DNA from: Sphagnum compactum
Taxonomy: Eukaryota
Reading direction: 5' to 3'
Length of the DNA stretch: 64,000 nt
Assembly (NCBI GenBank): GCA_965153455.1
Contig: OZ234494.1
Span: 12,276,001-12,340,000 of the forward strand
Shown in pieces: positions 11,851 through 25,193 of this stretch. The number at the start of each line of letters is the position of its first letter. Position 1 is the stretch's first letter. Made by a program: the position numbers and the translations under genes. Under the pieces are notes generated by a model. That model saw nothing but the letters and a program-made list of their open reading frames with translations. It was not told where the DNA came from and did no database searches.

Positions 11851-13129
11851 TTGTACATGCCACCCCCTTTCCTTCAACCCCACAAATGAATGTAAGCATC
11901 TAAAGAAACTGTATTGTGTACAAATAAATCAGAGTTTTTTTTTTCTTTTTTTTTGCATGTGTAGGCAACTTTCTTGAAAGGGTTTAGTAGTATGTGCACA
12001 ATACAATAAATATTTAAATGCTTTGAATGAACTCTACCAATGGATGGACAAAATCTAAATGACAAAAGTTGATAAGCTTCTCTTTTAATTTTTACATTCC
12101 ATTTCATTTCCATGATGTTTCATTTGTACACGTTTGAGGATTTGGCAACTCTTAGATAATGTAGTTTTTTAGTTGCATTTTGAATTTCAATGAAAGGTGT
12201 TTCGTTGTTATGATTGTGGGTTTACTTAGAGAGAGAAATATCCCAAAAAATTTACATCTTGTGATTGCCAACTAAAAGAGCTTTATGCATATGGTCTTCA
12301 AAAATTAATAAAGCAATAATAATTTAGATCATGAAGTGCCCTTTGCATTTGGTGACCAATTGGGGCCTTGTGTAATAACTAATGAAATGGCAAAAGATGT
12401 TGAAACCATTTGGGTTCACCAAATGGAAGATGCAATATACACACCCACATGAAGAGTCACATACATTACATTTCAAAGGAACAGAAACGTTAATGGTTTC
12501 TTGTTATACATTGGGAGCATGTTTGGTAGTTTGATGCAATATAAATTGGTTTCTGAATATCTAACTTAGATAATTGTATCAAAAATGTATATTTAAAAAT
12601 AAAAAACTGAACGATTAATTCAAATGAATAAACGACTTTATAGAAAAATTCATATTTCACTATATATTTCAATTTATGGTTTTCAAAATCTTTCAAAATT
12701 ATTCTTCTTTGTATCAATGGCATCAGACTATTTTTTATGTAAAAAAAAATCAGTCAACTAAGCATTTTAGTATATATAATGAATTCATAATCACATGATA
12801 TGGAATGTGATGCAAGGTTTTTAGCATTTCAAAAGTCCAATATGTTATGGTAAATCAAATTTTATTTATGAAATTCATACAATGTGATCATATCACATGT
12901 AATAAAAAAATTTGAGTCATTTTAACATATTATTCATTTTATATTTTGTTCCATGGCTTGTGATTGATAATCCAACAAAATGTGATAAGATTATGTATTT
13001 CACCTTAGTGTGTTTTCACCCATACTCCCTTAAATAAAAAAATTTACTCTCAAAATAAAATTATAATTTTAAGTTTTGCCCTTTGGTGCATATATAGGCT
13101 ACAAGAACACACCTCTTGACAATGGCATG

Positions 13130-13735
13130 GGATGAAAATGAGGTATTATTGGGAACGTCTTGAGAGCCATGTGAATAACAAAAATCTAAAAAATCCAAAA
13201 ACTCCCAACCTTCCACAAAAGAAAAAACAAGATAAGATAAACATATCAAGAACTTGGGAAACATGTTGGCAATCCATTGGGAACATAATGGGAACAACAA
13301 ATCCAAAAAATCCAAGACCCTTCCCCCTCCCCCCCCACCCCACCCCACCCCACCCCACCCCACCCCAAAATGATATGGGATAAAAATGAAGTGTTATTTT
13401 GAACATCTTGGGAAGTTGGGAAACACATTGGGAATTCATTAAAAACATGGTGGGAACATTTTGTGAACAACAAAAATCCAAAAAATTCAAGATCCCCCCC
13501 TCCCCCACCTTCCTAATATTTATTAAAGTGTTCCTTTGTCCACATAAAACATATATATTTTGTTGAGAGCGGTGCTTTGACATAAAGCTAGAAAAGTGTG
13601 ATGATAAGTAGAAGGAATTACATATTGGAAACTTGGGAAACATGTTGAAAGTTCATTGGGAACATAATGGGACACATTGTGAACAACAAAATCCCAAAAA
13701 TCCAAGACCCCCGCATCACAATCCCCAAAAAACTC
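13130..13735 (+). repeat. Degenerate internal repeats with poly-C/(CCCCA)n tracts, probably part of a non-autonomous TE
   Basis: Block ttgggaa(a)cat...aacaa(c)aaaatcc(c)aaaaa(a)tccaagaccc recurs about four times (~13150, 13255, 13420, 13635); (ccccac)n at 13325-13366. Confidence 0.65.
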
Positions 13736-14269
13736 ATGAGCTTCTAAGGTGCATGTTGGATCACCTCATTGGCTAAAAATAATTTATATTCCGAATTGTT
13801 TTTGTATCGATTTTTTACATAGGCTAATGACCCTTTGGAAGAACATGGGTACCTATTGAAAATAAAAAGATGCAAAAGTTTAAGCAATTTATGATACGTT
13901 AGAACTTGATCAAGTAATCTATAGTAGGTGTTGTTCCAAAAGTACTGGATTAGGTAGGATTTATATCAAATTAATTAGTAGTGTTTGATCTAATAGTTTT
14001 TATATCACATTGATTAATAGTCATTAATAAAAGTCTTGGATTTTTTTATTAGAAAATCTAATTTGGACAAGCGTTGAAAATACCACTATGGCATTTTGGA
14101 CAAGTCAATTTTGACATGTCATTGTGACTAGAGTGGTCTTTTTTTATTAGCATAATATGAACCATTTAACTGGTCATTTTGACTAATGAACAATGAACCA
14201 TTTGACTAGTCAATTTTTTGCCCATATTTAAATAATTTACTTAAAATTTTATTATCAAAAAAATATTTT

Positions 14270-14830
14270 GTGGTAGGTAGATGGATAGGTAGGTCATAAA
14301 AAAGTAGGTAAATAGGTAGGTGGTAACTTAGTTTAACCTATCTTTTTTGACCCGCCTTAACTTAACTTAGTACATCCTATTTAATTTATTTAGCCTACCA
14401 TACCTACTTTAACCCCTTAAATATGGACATAGGTTATAAGTGTTAAAAATTGAATTCTTGACCTCCCCAAAGATAAACCAAGTTTTTAACAAATTGATCA
14501 CATCATCAAAAAATGTTCAACTTTTGTCAAGTTTTTTATTTCACATGTTTATTTTGACATATCACTATAAGACTATGAGATACATAGGTAGGTAGATTGT
14601 AGGAAGTAGGTGGGTGGGTAGGTTAATAGGTAGGTGGGTCGGTGGATAAGTAGATCAGTAGGTGGGTGGGTAGGTGCATAAATAGATAAATAGGTGGGTG
14701 GGAATGTAAGTAGTACATGTATGTAGGTAGGTGGGTGGGTTGGTAGGTAAGTACTACATCGAGGTAGGAGGGTGGGTTGGTAGGTAAGTAGGTTGTAAAA
14801 TTGTAGGTGGGAGATAGGAAGTAGGTATGT
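14270..14830. repeat. (GGTA/GGTG)n low-complexity tracts
   Basis: Runs of ggtaggtagg/ggtgggtggg at 14270-14325 and 14585-14830; the reverse-strand PTYL ORFs are artefacts of this repeat. Confidence 0.8.
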
Positions 14831-15999
14831 AATAAGGACAAGATGTCTCATTTGATTAGAAAACATTAGTCATTTTGATTTATAATGTCAATTTTTTTTT
14901 TATTCAATTTGATTAGATGTCCCATTTAACTAAAACCCATTGGCCATTTTGACTAAGATTGTCCAATTTGATTAGACGTATTGATCAAATATGTCACTAT
15001 AATCGAATTGATTAATTAAAAAATACATGTTTTAAGTCTCTAGTCAAAATGGACATGTCCATTAATAAAAAGAAACGAGTTAATCAACTTGAATTGTTTG
15101 AAAAACCAAGAATTCTAGTAGTGAATGCTTCTATATTGAATCATTTCATTAGATAGGTTATGCTACTTAAATTGTTTGACTAGGTAATATATGATAGTTG
15201 GATAATATTTAATCAAGTGATCTTTGTTGTTGAAGTACATGATAAAATAATTGTTTCTTTTTCCATTGCTTTAATTAAACCATTTGAACATATTTTTCTT
15301 CGACATGAGTAGTATTGGACTACACTTCACATGTTGTTGTAGCAGTCATTTTAGCTTTAGGTACACTAGTTATTAATCCAATATAATGCAAGTAATGCAT
15401 AACTTGCTTGATTTTTTGGTTATGGTAGTTTTTTTAATGACTAGTCTTTCATGGTATCAGTAATAGTAACATATGTTTCCACCTTCCAACTAGTTTTATC
15501 TCCCCTAATTTTTACATGGTGGAACATATTTTCCAAGCAAGTGCATTCATTGATGTTCCTTCACCTCTATGTGCTTGAAGTTTTTCACCACAAAAAGGGC
15601 ATTCCAACTTTTCATCTCCATGGTGTTGTTCCACTACTAGATCACCATCCTCCCTTCACGATTGGTACTCATAGGGCATTGTTTCGGAAACATTAGGTAG
15701 TTTTTGTATATAGGGTAGCCAAAAAGGATGTCAATACCTTGTCACTCCTCCTCCCTTATTTGGCCATATATCCCAATTTGCTATAATAACATTATTGGAA
15801 TTTTTGTAGTTAGATTTTCCACATCTTTTTCTACAATTTGATCTAATTGTTTCTTCAAACTCCTTGTCATTACCTTAGTCATGATGGCTATTAGGTAGTG
15901 CACTATTGCAAATTACCCCACCCCAATTGCTATGAATGGTGAAAGTTTTAGTTTATTACAACTTAAAGGTTAATAGTGGTAGTGTAGACCAATAATTAA

Positions 16000-17600
16000 G
16001 TTCTCAAAACATATGCTAATGTTGAAAGTTTGAATTCACAAATTTTGAAAAATCTAATAAATCAATATGAATAACTTCAGTTGGATGTTGTCATAGATGA
16101 AATATCTTTGGTTGACACAAATATGTTTAATGTTATTGATCAAATATTATGATAGATAAAACATATTCATAGCAAAAAAGTTTTTGGCCTTGATGGTCAT
16201 AGTTTCAAATGATTTTTACCAAGATCCACATGTGAGGGGCAAATGGATGTTCGAAAAGTCTAATAATAGGCTTGAAGCTTTAACTCCAAATTTTTGGCAT
16301 GATCACATAAAATGTTATGAATTACACATGGTCATTTGTCAAAATGATGGGAATTTGTTCATATGCTTATTAGATTCAAAATAACATCTTATACCCAAAT
16401 AAACATCAACACTTTGAAAACACACATGTTTACAAACAACTCCAAATAACTCCAAAATACCACATTTATTTTACACTAATAAAACATGTAGTCCTAATGA
16501 TTTGGTATTCCCAAAAAAAAAAAAGGTCAAACTTTCATTATTAAAGCTATAAATATTCTACATCATTTAGTACCATCCACCTACCATTTACCAAATGACC
16601 CCAATAAAACTACATGATTACATAATATATTACGAGTTAAAGAAACATGTTTCATTAAATTGTGTGCAACTAATGATGTGCTTGTTTAATGGACCTAATG
16701 GTTTGTTCAAACCAACAACTTGTTTGAACAATAAACCATACATTTGGATTGACTTTATGAATCCCAATATAGGTTTTCACACACAACATAAAAATGCATT
16801 TATGTATAGAAACGGAAAAATACGATCAAAACGGACACCCATAGAACCTATTGTTAAAGAAAAGACAATTAAGCAAATGCCATATGCCATTAGTTGAATA
16901 TGATTTCCAATTCAACCTAGAACAATGCACTAGTCCCAAGGGTTGTCATTAGATGAAATAACATTTGACCCTACTACATTTGTTAATAAACATGGAGCTT
17001 ATACAATTCTCTCTCGTGTGTGTACCCAAAAAAAAAAAGGTCTTCTTAACATCTCATTTTGATATGACAAAATACAATCATATATGCGTCTTTGACAACC
17101 ATGACAATATAATGATGTACAACAACAATGGAACTCTACAATTGTATAGAGCAGTGATGCACATCAGATCATGATTTATTGCAACCACTTTTAATTCTAA
17201 CACTGGAAAAGCCATACATGTTATTTCTTTGTGTAAATCTCATTCTACTTCTTTGACAAAGGTTGTGGAAATACTACAGGAATTCATCATTGTAACACCA
17301 AACTCACGTCCCACAATTGTTTTTTGCGCAATCTCATCATTAACAATGCTTATAGCCATAGATGGTTCATTGACTTCTCCATGACTTCTAGAGTTTAATC
17401 AATCTCAAACCTCCATATCCATACTTCCACAACACAAAATGGTTCATCATTTGATCATATACGCACAAATATCCTTGGTTGTGGATTCTTGGTAGGCGTA
17501 TTAGAAGCTTATTACCCAGATGATCATATACCCATGTACATTGCATCCAGACTCCCTAACAATTTGCCCTTGTTTAATAAACAGCAACAAAACCTTTGTT
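16000..17600 (+). pseudogene. Fossil rolling-circle transposon ORF: Pif1-family helicase followed by an EEP (AP-like) endonuclease (Helentron-like), with stops and frameshifts
   Basis: Walker B LDVVIDEISLVD (16081-16116); motif III VIVSNDFYQDPHV (~16196-16234); ELHMVICQNDGNLFICLL (motif IV-like); PHLFYTNK; NGPNGLF; IS*I*FPIQPRTMH*SQGLSLDEITFDP..KHGAYTILSRV (~16889-17020); then FIATTFNSNTGKAIHVISLCK and STTQNGSSFDHIRTN...EAYYPDDHIPMYI (17426-17545), an EEP-type DH...DH-P terminus. Confidence 0.8.
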
Positions 17601-18280
17601 TCTACTTGAGCACACACATATGCCATATATACATCATGCATTTCATACTCTGTACCAGGACAGAGCTACATCACGGTCCTCACCAGCTTGTTGTCTAATA
17701 AGCCACATGTCTTATGGATCAGCAAGTGAGGTCAAGAAACTCTTCGGAGCCTGACCAATTGTTCCCTTAGAAAGCCCCCAAAAGGTGCCAGGTGTTTAGG
17801 AGTTAAGAAAACTTGGAACAGTATCTAGTTCTAAATCCCAGACAAACCAATATTGAATCCTATGAAGGAGGGCATAAAGCCCTTCAACATGCACAGAAAA
17901 TGACATATTCTCCCATTGGAATTGTGGGTCCAGCTAAAATGAATCAAGAGGTACATCAATACATATATTTCCGGGATGAGACCACAATCATAGTTGGCAA
18001 ATATAAATGTGATAGACCCTCCCTATCTCTGTCTGCACAACTTTGCATATTGAAGATAGCAAAATGGAAAATTTCTTGTGTTTATTTTTGGCATTTGCAG
18101 GAACCCAAGTCATATATCTCCTTCTGATCCAAGTGAAACTATGAACTTACAGTCTCCATAATACAACCTACTCAGACCGCAGCGGCTCTGATGAGGAGGA
18201 AACCTTTTCCAGTCTTTAGGGCAAAAAAAAGTTAGGAAATATTTTCAGTCTGTTTACCACCTCACACTTTCAAGTCAGCA

Positions 18281-21200
18281 CTAGCGGAGTGTATATACAT
18301 CAATACGCATGTCATCTCCAGCAGCATACAAAAGGTTTCTGCCATTTGCCCACTTCAAGTCATGGTACCTACCAATGCGTCGGTTGTCTTTAAATGGCTC
18401 TGCCAGTCGGGCTGTTGGCCTTGGATTTGAGAAGTCAGCAAGATAAAGGCCCCGTAATGTACTCACTGCTGCACAGTTTGGCCTACCTCCCAAAGCAACT
18501 TTCAATACAGCACTGTCGTCAAGCTGCAATGATGCTACTGGCGCACTCCCACCCTGCTTGACAACAACATCCTTAAATTTTTGAGATTTCAACATGCTTG
18601 TGATCAAGCTACTCGACAATTTATAAACTGGAGTCTGTGGTGGGTTGGGTTCGTAGCAAGGCATGAATAAAGTTAAGCTTACCTGATTGGCCAAAGTTCG
18701 AAAATCCCATCGAAGTACCCGTGTGTCCATACCAGCAGAGAGAATGAAATTTGTGTCAATTGCATCAAGACATGTAATCATTGCATCATGGGCTTGGAGT
18801 CGTCCAGTCTTTGCAACAGTACCAAACATTCCTGTGGCCCATCCATGTCAACAACATATGAAATTTCAACCTTCCAAACACAAAGCACAACTACTACTAC
18901 TACTACTACTTCTTGATATAGGTCTTTTCCTGGCAAACACTTCAACAATCATTGACAGAATACCTCCCAAGGAAAGCCTTTCTGCATCACTAGCTGGAGG
19001 TCTTCATTTGACTGGTGGTCATTTCAGGTGGGAAAAACAGATACTTAGAGCACTCACCAACACAACGCTCCCTCCGCCGATCCCAGACACGTACAGTAAA
19101 ATCTCGGGAGCCAGACATGAAAATGTTGTGATTTGGAGGAAACAAAGACACACATGTGATCAAATCCTGCAAACAACCAACATATATCAAGACAGTCAGT
19201 TGCATACCGCAACATCACCTTGGAAATTGAGAAAACATCACCACCAAAAAGGGTGGGGTGCTCTAGTCAACCACTCGCATAGTTGAGAGAGAAAAAGCAA
19301 GCAATACCTCATGTTCTGCATATTGTCGAACAGGTTGCAGATTGGCGAATGAGGAAGCGGCATTGATGTCATAATAACACACCCTCTCATCAAGCCACGG
19401 TCCAGACCTGTCAATTGGAGAATGGTGCAGATTCTCATCTTTAGTCATTGCTAGACCAACATCACCAGTTACAATCAAGCACCTACAGCTTCTTCAACAT
19501 CTGCTGCTAACTTCTCAAGGGTGATAAAGCACTTACCCTTCAGGAGCTGATGTGTGCACTGTCTCCCCCGTGACAAATGCATGCTCCATTCCACCCATTG
19601 CCTAGATAACATAAAACACTAATCATTATCTAGAACCCAGTCAAGAGAAGGAGTCACCACAATTTCCCGCCTAAGAATTGGGTACTACCAAAGACCACTT
19701 GCATATGTTTCATGATTATGGTTCTGGTATAGGGGTTGGTTAAACCTTGATACATGCAACTAGTTTAGAAGAATCTTTCGATAGCATGCCCTGCTCCTTC
19801 CACCCATGACCTGCTGCTCCATAGCGTTGGATACAAGGTGGGGGTAACAGGCGATTTCCCCCTTGGCCAGATGAATCCTCCTACACACCACCCACCATAT
19901 GACGTCACAAACCAAGTTAATACATGCCAGTGTTTTTTATAGGAATTTTTGTTTGCATCCAAAGTGGTAATCAGCATAGGAAGATGTAGAAAAAGTGGCA
20001 ATAACCCCTAGGAAGATTTAGCCAAATCTGGCTATAAACCAGAAATAACATACAAATCTTTAATCATTGTTCTATATTTTGGCTACACAATGAAAACCAA
20101 GTATATGAATCTGGTGATTTTTACTTTTCTTTTCCTCACTTCTGGCAACTGAAAACCTGCAAAATCAATTCTCTGAATTTTGAATTTTTGTTTTCATTTT
20201 CGGGTGAAATTTCACCAGTAAGAATATTTTTGATACATGCTTCAGACAGATACTGAAAAATGGAACGTCCATTGGTTTATGGAACTAACTGAGAGCTTCA
20301 GACAAGGTCAACAAGTTCACTACAGAAACACTGATTGCACAGATAATGTAGATATATGTGGGCTACCTTTGCAACACCACAGACGAGCAACATTTGGTGT
20401 GAAGAATTGATGTCCATGGAGCAAGCATAGTGGGAAGCCATATCCACTGTCTCGGATACCTACATTATCACTGTCAAGAATGAGCAATAACATAGAAAGG
20501 CAAAGCAAGAAGTCATCCAACCTGGAAAAAGCTCAAGATTTACAACTGCATGCATGTCTTGGCTATGCAACAAATTTTTAGTTGGAAGTTTGGTAAGTAA
20601 TGTTCATACCACACAACAGCATTTCTGAAGCCTACAAAACAGATTAGGTGTAAATTGAGGCTTTTGTGAGAGTTGAAAACCTTGATAGCTTAAACAGTTT
20701 ATTCAAGTGGGTCATGTAAACACGTCAGTAAAAACATGGAGAGATGATGAAGCAACCATGATAACAAATGGGGATAGGAACATACTTTTCCATCTGCTGT
20801 CCACACAATGAGAGTGCCATCTTTTGCCCCACTAATGAGCTGATTGCGTTTATCATCTGCCACATGCCCATCAAGGATTAACCATGTGAGAAAGAGTCCT
20901 TGGCACTTGGTCAGAATCAAAGGAAGCATAGAGAAGTCTACAACACCCAAGGGCAGCATAAACAAGCTTATGGCATCAAGAGAAAAGAAAGTTTGTAAAT
21001 TGAAGTTCAGATGCCAACCATAAGACATTGCAAATATGGGGTTTTGGTGACCCCTGTAGGAGTCTGCCGCATGTAAACCTGGCAACCCATCCTCAAGCAA
21101 ACAATAAGAAATCAGTATGAAGGAAAATGGCAGAAGCCAAGCTCACTGAAAGTCAAACAAGAATATCCAGAATGACATGTTGAATTTGGGATCAGTTGCA

Positions 21201-24001
21201 CCCCAAGGTTCAGAAAAAGAGACCAGATGAGGCAGGAGAAGCATCAAGAACGGATCCTTTGCCAGAATCTCCCTGTGACGACATGGTGGCTGGTGTGGGT
21301 TGCTCAGGTTTTGGGACCACTCCTGCAAGCATAGGTCGACTCCAGTTCATGCTATCCTCAATGTAATTTATGTCATACCTGTCAGCACCATGCAGGAGGA
21401 ACTACTGCACAATTTAGTGGGTGAAGCCACAACATACTCACCATCAAACATTCTTTCTCTTCATCTCAGTTTACTGGATGAAAAACCAATAAAAATCTAG
21501 AATAAAAAAGACTTACTGGAATGCATCTTCAGTGACATTGTGAAGCACTGCATTAAGTTCTGCCATCGTATTCGCATCACATTTGTCATTCAGCTGCAAC
21601 ACCCATTGCAGCCAAGGTCAAACACACAACTCCTGATCAAACCTGCAAAGGTCAGGGAATCACAGAAAAAAAACCCAGCCCTAACTGTACTCCACTTTTT
21701 GACTGCAACATGAAGGACACAGTGCAGAAGCAAAGTTGCAGCACCCAATTGATCATGCAAACAGCTTTATCCTCAATGCAGCAATTGATGTCAAGGTCCG
21801 AATGTAAAGTACCTGTTGCACACACAACTCAACGGTCTTCCCCAACATGGTTATGGCTGCACACCGCGTATCCGGTTTCCGTAGCAATGTAATAATGGTA
21901 GTTACAGCGCCTGCAAACACATGGTATCCGAAACTCTCTCATTTAGTGATATGTATCCACAGTTCAAAAGAGGCAGATAGGTACTACACACATGACAAGA
22001 TTCCATCAATTACATTTGGAGTGCCAAAAAAAGACAAGAAGAGCAAGCAGGTTTACCACTTATGGAGACAAACTCCAGGCTAACTAGAGCAGCAAAAGCT
22101 TCTGCATGTGCAAAAAAATCCATGCGACTCGCCTCCACTGGTCTCTTCAATGTCAAGTGCTTCAACACCTGCAAACTCGAAAACGCACAATCCACTCAGA
22201 AAAGGTGATACTTTGCTGCCGCAACCACAAAGTAAACCCATGGACTTGATTCCATTTCAAACCCAAGTAAAATGTGTCACTTGGAATGAAGCTTGAAAGC
22301 AGCAGCTCTTCAACAGAAAGTCAGGAGCTCAATGACATTTGCCATACCTTTGGAATCAGAAAATCACGCATTCTGGACTTTGCAGGCTCTGGAAGCCTGC
22401 AGTCAAATCAAATCAGGCACCAATAAGGCAGAGCTCATAGATGCAGTAACATGTCTCCCTTCAGCTAAAAGACAGAATAGGCATGGAGACATATCAACAT
22501 GGCTTGACCTAACTCACCACAGCTAACATAGATATGAATACAGACAGAAAAAATGCAGACCAAAAGATGGAACAGAGAGAAGTGGAAACATTGAATAATA
22601 AACATGTGCAAGTCTCTCAAGAAGCAATCCTTTTTCTTTTTTTTTTCTCGTCATGGACCTGGGTAGAAGAAACATGAAGGGCACCACACTTTGTTGCCGC
22701 AGCACCAAGTCATGACTGAAGACAACTGCCACAAAAGCTGCCTGAAACTCATCCAATATCTGCACCCACAGCACACTTTCACTACTTCCCTGTGCAACCA
22801 AGAAGCTCAAAACAGATCGACACATAGATAGTGTCTCTAGAGTAAAGAAACTTATGAGTTCCTTCTTTTAGGGTTTTGAGCCTGCGAAGTCAGGATCACA
22901 GCATTTTTGTTGGAAGGCAGAATTGTGCAGTCATCTTCTTCTGTACCAGGCTTCAGCAACACAGCTTTAGAGTTTCTCCGGAAAACTCTTCTCAAGGTAT
23001 TTTGTAAGAGAAAATGAGCCACATTTTGCTACTGCCCTAATTCAGAAACTACTGAAAGGCCACAACCCCTCACCACCAATCAAAACCAAAAAATGCCTCA
23101 CAACTTTTTTTCTTTGTTTTCCAAGTGTTGCAGTTTTCAAAAAGCAAAAGAGGACTTTGGGATTTGCCACACTGACTGTTTCTGATGAGAGGTTCTCTGT
23201 GAGAAGAGTTGCAATTTCTGTGGCCACTCTGTCAAGTTGGGAAGCATCCTCAAGCCTTGATATGAGAGTTTGGAACAGCTTCCCTATATCCCGAGTCTTC
23301 ACATGTTCTGTCAAGACCCTAAAATCCCCCACAACATCCCAAAATACAAACCAAAAAAAAACCCCCATGAGGTTAAGAGGGAGGACCCATCAAAACTTCC
23401 CAAAATGTGAAGAAATTGCAAGACCATCAGAGATGAGGAAAAAAAAAAAAACAAGGAATTCTTCTGATTCCTCCATCCATCACTTCCTCCTTCATATTAT
23501 GACTTTCCAAAATGTGGACAACTTGCAAGACTCTCAGAACAGTAAAAAACAAGGGACTCTTCTGATTCCTCCATGTCACTTCCTCCTCCCCATGTCTGCT
23601 AAATTTCATTTATGCATCATAGAAGCTCTTAAACCACAGCCAAAACAAAAATACCACCCCCCCCACAAGAAGCTCTTAAACCACAGCAACAAAACACCCA
23701 TCCACAAGAAGCTCCATTAAACCACAGCAAAGAAAAAAAACAAAAAAACAAAAAAAAAAAAAAAATCGCCCACAAGAAACTCTTAAACAAAAAAAACACC
23801 CACCCACCAGAGCTGCCGAGTTGGAAAACACAAAATCGAGCTCACCATACAATCTTCTCGTCACTTCATCATTCACATCCCAACAAAGAAAGAAGAAATA
23901 ATACCCATTGTATGTATCTATACATACCTCATGGTCCGGAAAAGCTCAGTTGCCAGGGATATCTCATCCGGACCCAGCTCAACTTCTATAAAGAGCTTCA
24001 T
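18281..24001 (-). CDS. Uncharacterised protein, ~630 aa: N-terminal alpha-helical (MIF4G/HEAT-like) region, low-complexity linker, C-terminal WD40 propeller
   Basis: Exons 24001-23928, 23318-23177, 22789-22659, 22396-22348, 22168-22057, 21910-21813, 21593-21517, 21378-21224, 21078-21019, 20856-20786, 20459-20367, 19880-19746, 19601-19537, 19407-19308, 19166-19058, 18831-18683, 18553-18281; all GT-AG, 1893 nt in frame. WD40 signatures: GHQNPIFAMSYDDKRNQLISGAKDGTLIVW, EHEDLITCV...MSGSRDFTVRVWD, AHDAMITCL...SAGMDTRVLRWD, AAGDDMRIDVY. Confidence 0.85.
23620..23790 (+). repeat. Short repeats in intron 1 of the WD40 gene
   Basis: agaagctc(tt/catt)aaaccacagc recurs at ~23621, 23668, 23707, with a degenerate copy at ~23775. 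Confidence 0.7.
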
Positions 24002-24261
24002 CAAAGCCCCTCCTCCCCGTCCTGTCTTTTCGAGCTTTCTTTTTCTTCTTCTTCTTCACAACTCCTCCACAACAATCCCAAAGCGGCTGTAGCAGTCTTG
24101 CTTCGATCCCGTGGCGATGGATTCGCAAGCGCCCTGCTCCTCCTCTTCCTCCTCCTTGCAGTGCACACAACACTCGCTCGCTGGCCTGTGCTGCTGCGCT
24201 GCGGTCGCTCGTCGCGGTAGTCTGCGCGGTGCGACTTCCTCGACCGCAGCAACACCCGCGT

Positions 24262-24380
24262 GGGTTAAACCCAAACCCTAGGTCGCTGCAGGTACGGTAA
24301 AACCAAAAAACCCTAGTGGACTTACCAACTCTAGTGGGCTGGACTTAACCAGTCCTACTGGGCTTAACCAGTCCTACACC
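24262..24380 (+). promoter_or_regulatory. Telo-box and site-II-like motifs upstream of the WD40 gene
   Basis: AAACCCTA at ~24273 and ~24308; TGGGCT at ~24335 and ~24359; duplicated cttaaccagtcctac. Lies ~260-380 bp upstream of the ATG. Confidence 0.45.
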
Positions 24381-24634
24381 TTAAATGGGGCCTTTAAAAT
24401 AGGGGCACATGGATTTATCCTTTTTGCTTTTTGTTTTTTTGTTTTTTTGTTTTTTTTTGTTTTGGGGAAAGAAGGGTGGGGTAGGCAAGTTTCTATTTCT
24501 TTTCTTTTCTTTTGTGTTCTTCTTTTTCTTTTTCTTTTTTTAGGGTTTTTGATGCCATATAAAGACTATAGGGGGGGAGGAGGGGAAGACCTTGCAATGC
24601 ATGGAGATTATGGACTCTTGGAGATAAAGCCCTG

Positions 24635-24812
24635 GGATGGATGGATGGAAAGAAACTTGCCTGAGATGGAGGATGGAAACAAAACTTGACTTGGGATGGA
24701 AAAACAAACTTTGACTTGGGATGGAAAGAAATGTGCCTTTGGATGGAAACAAACTTGACTTGGGATGGAAAGAAATGTGCCTTTGGATGGAAACAAACTT
24801 GACTTAGGATGA
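24635..24812 (+). repeat. Minisatellite, ~44-bp unit
   Basis: ggatggaaacaaacttgacttgggatggaaagaaatgtgccttt repeated with partial copies. Confidence 0.85.
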
Positions 24813-25193
24813 GTGGGTACTTATACACATATGCAAATCTCTAATGTGGGGAGTCATGGTTAAACTAAATGGGTAGGGATGTAAAATTTACATGTCCATA
24901 TTAACATACTTGGGCAATTTGGATGAATGGAAAAAAAGGGGTGTTATAATGCATGTATACGTAGATCCTTGTTAAGGGTCCCATGCTTTTATGTGGCCAC
25001 ATTCTTTGGTTAAGGGATGAAGGACTTGGGGTTGGTCATTTTGACACCCTCCTTGTGCTCATGACCATTTCAAATTTCAAAATTTATAAATATTCCTCTT
25101 TCATGTCCCATGCCAACTTTGACACACCATCTTTGTGCACCCCACCATTCCAAATTGTTGTTATTTTCTCTCTTTCTCTTTCTCTCTTTTTCA

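Noticed and set aside
13061-14866. ORFs rich in G/W/F or PTYL repeats
   Set aside because: Translations of simple and interspersed repeats.
18687-19286. 199-aa + strand ORF
   Set aside because: Antisense to WD40 exons and introns; no recognisable protein features.
22128-22135. Apparent GC donor (GAG|GCGAGT) in the WD40 gene
   Set aside because: The frame continues through FAHAEAFAALV to a GT donor at 22056 that gives the correct phase for the next exon.
23157-23720. 187-aa + strand ORF
   Set aside because: Antisense shadow of WD40 exon 2 plus a low-complexity intron.
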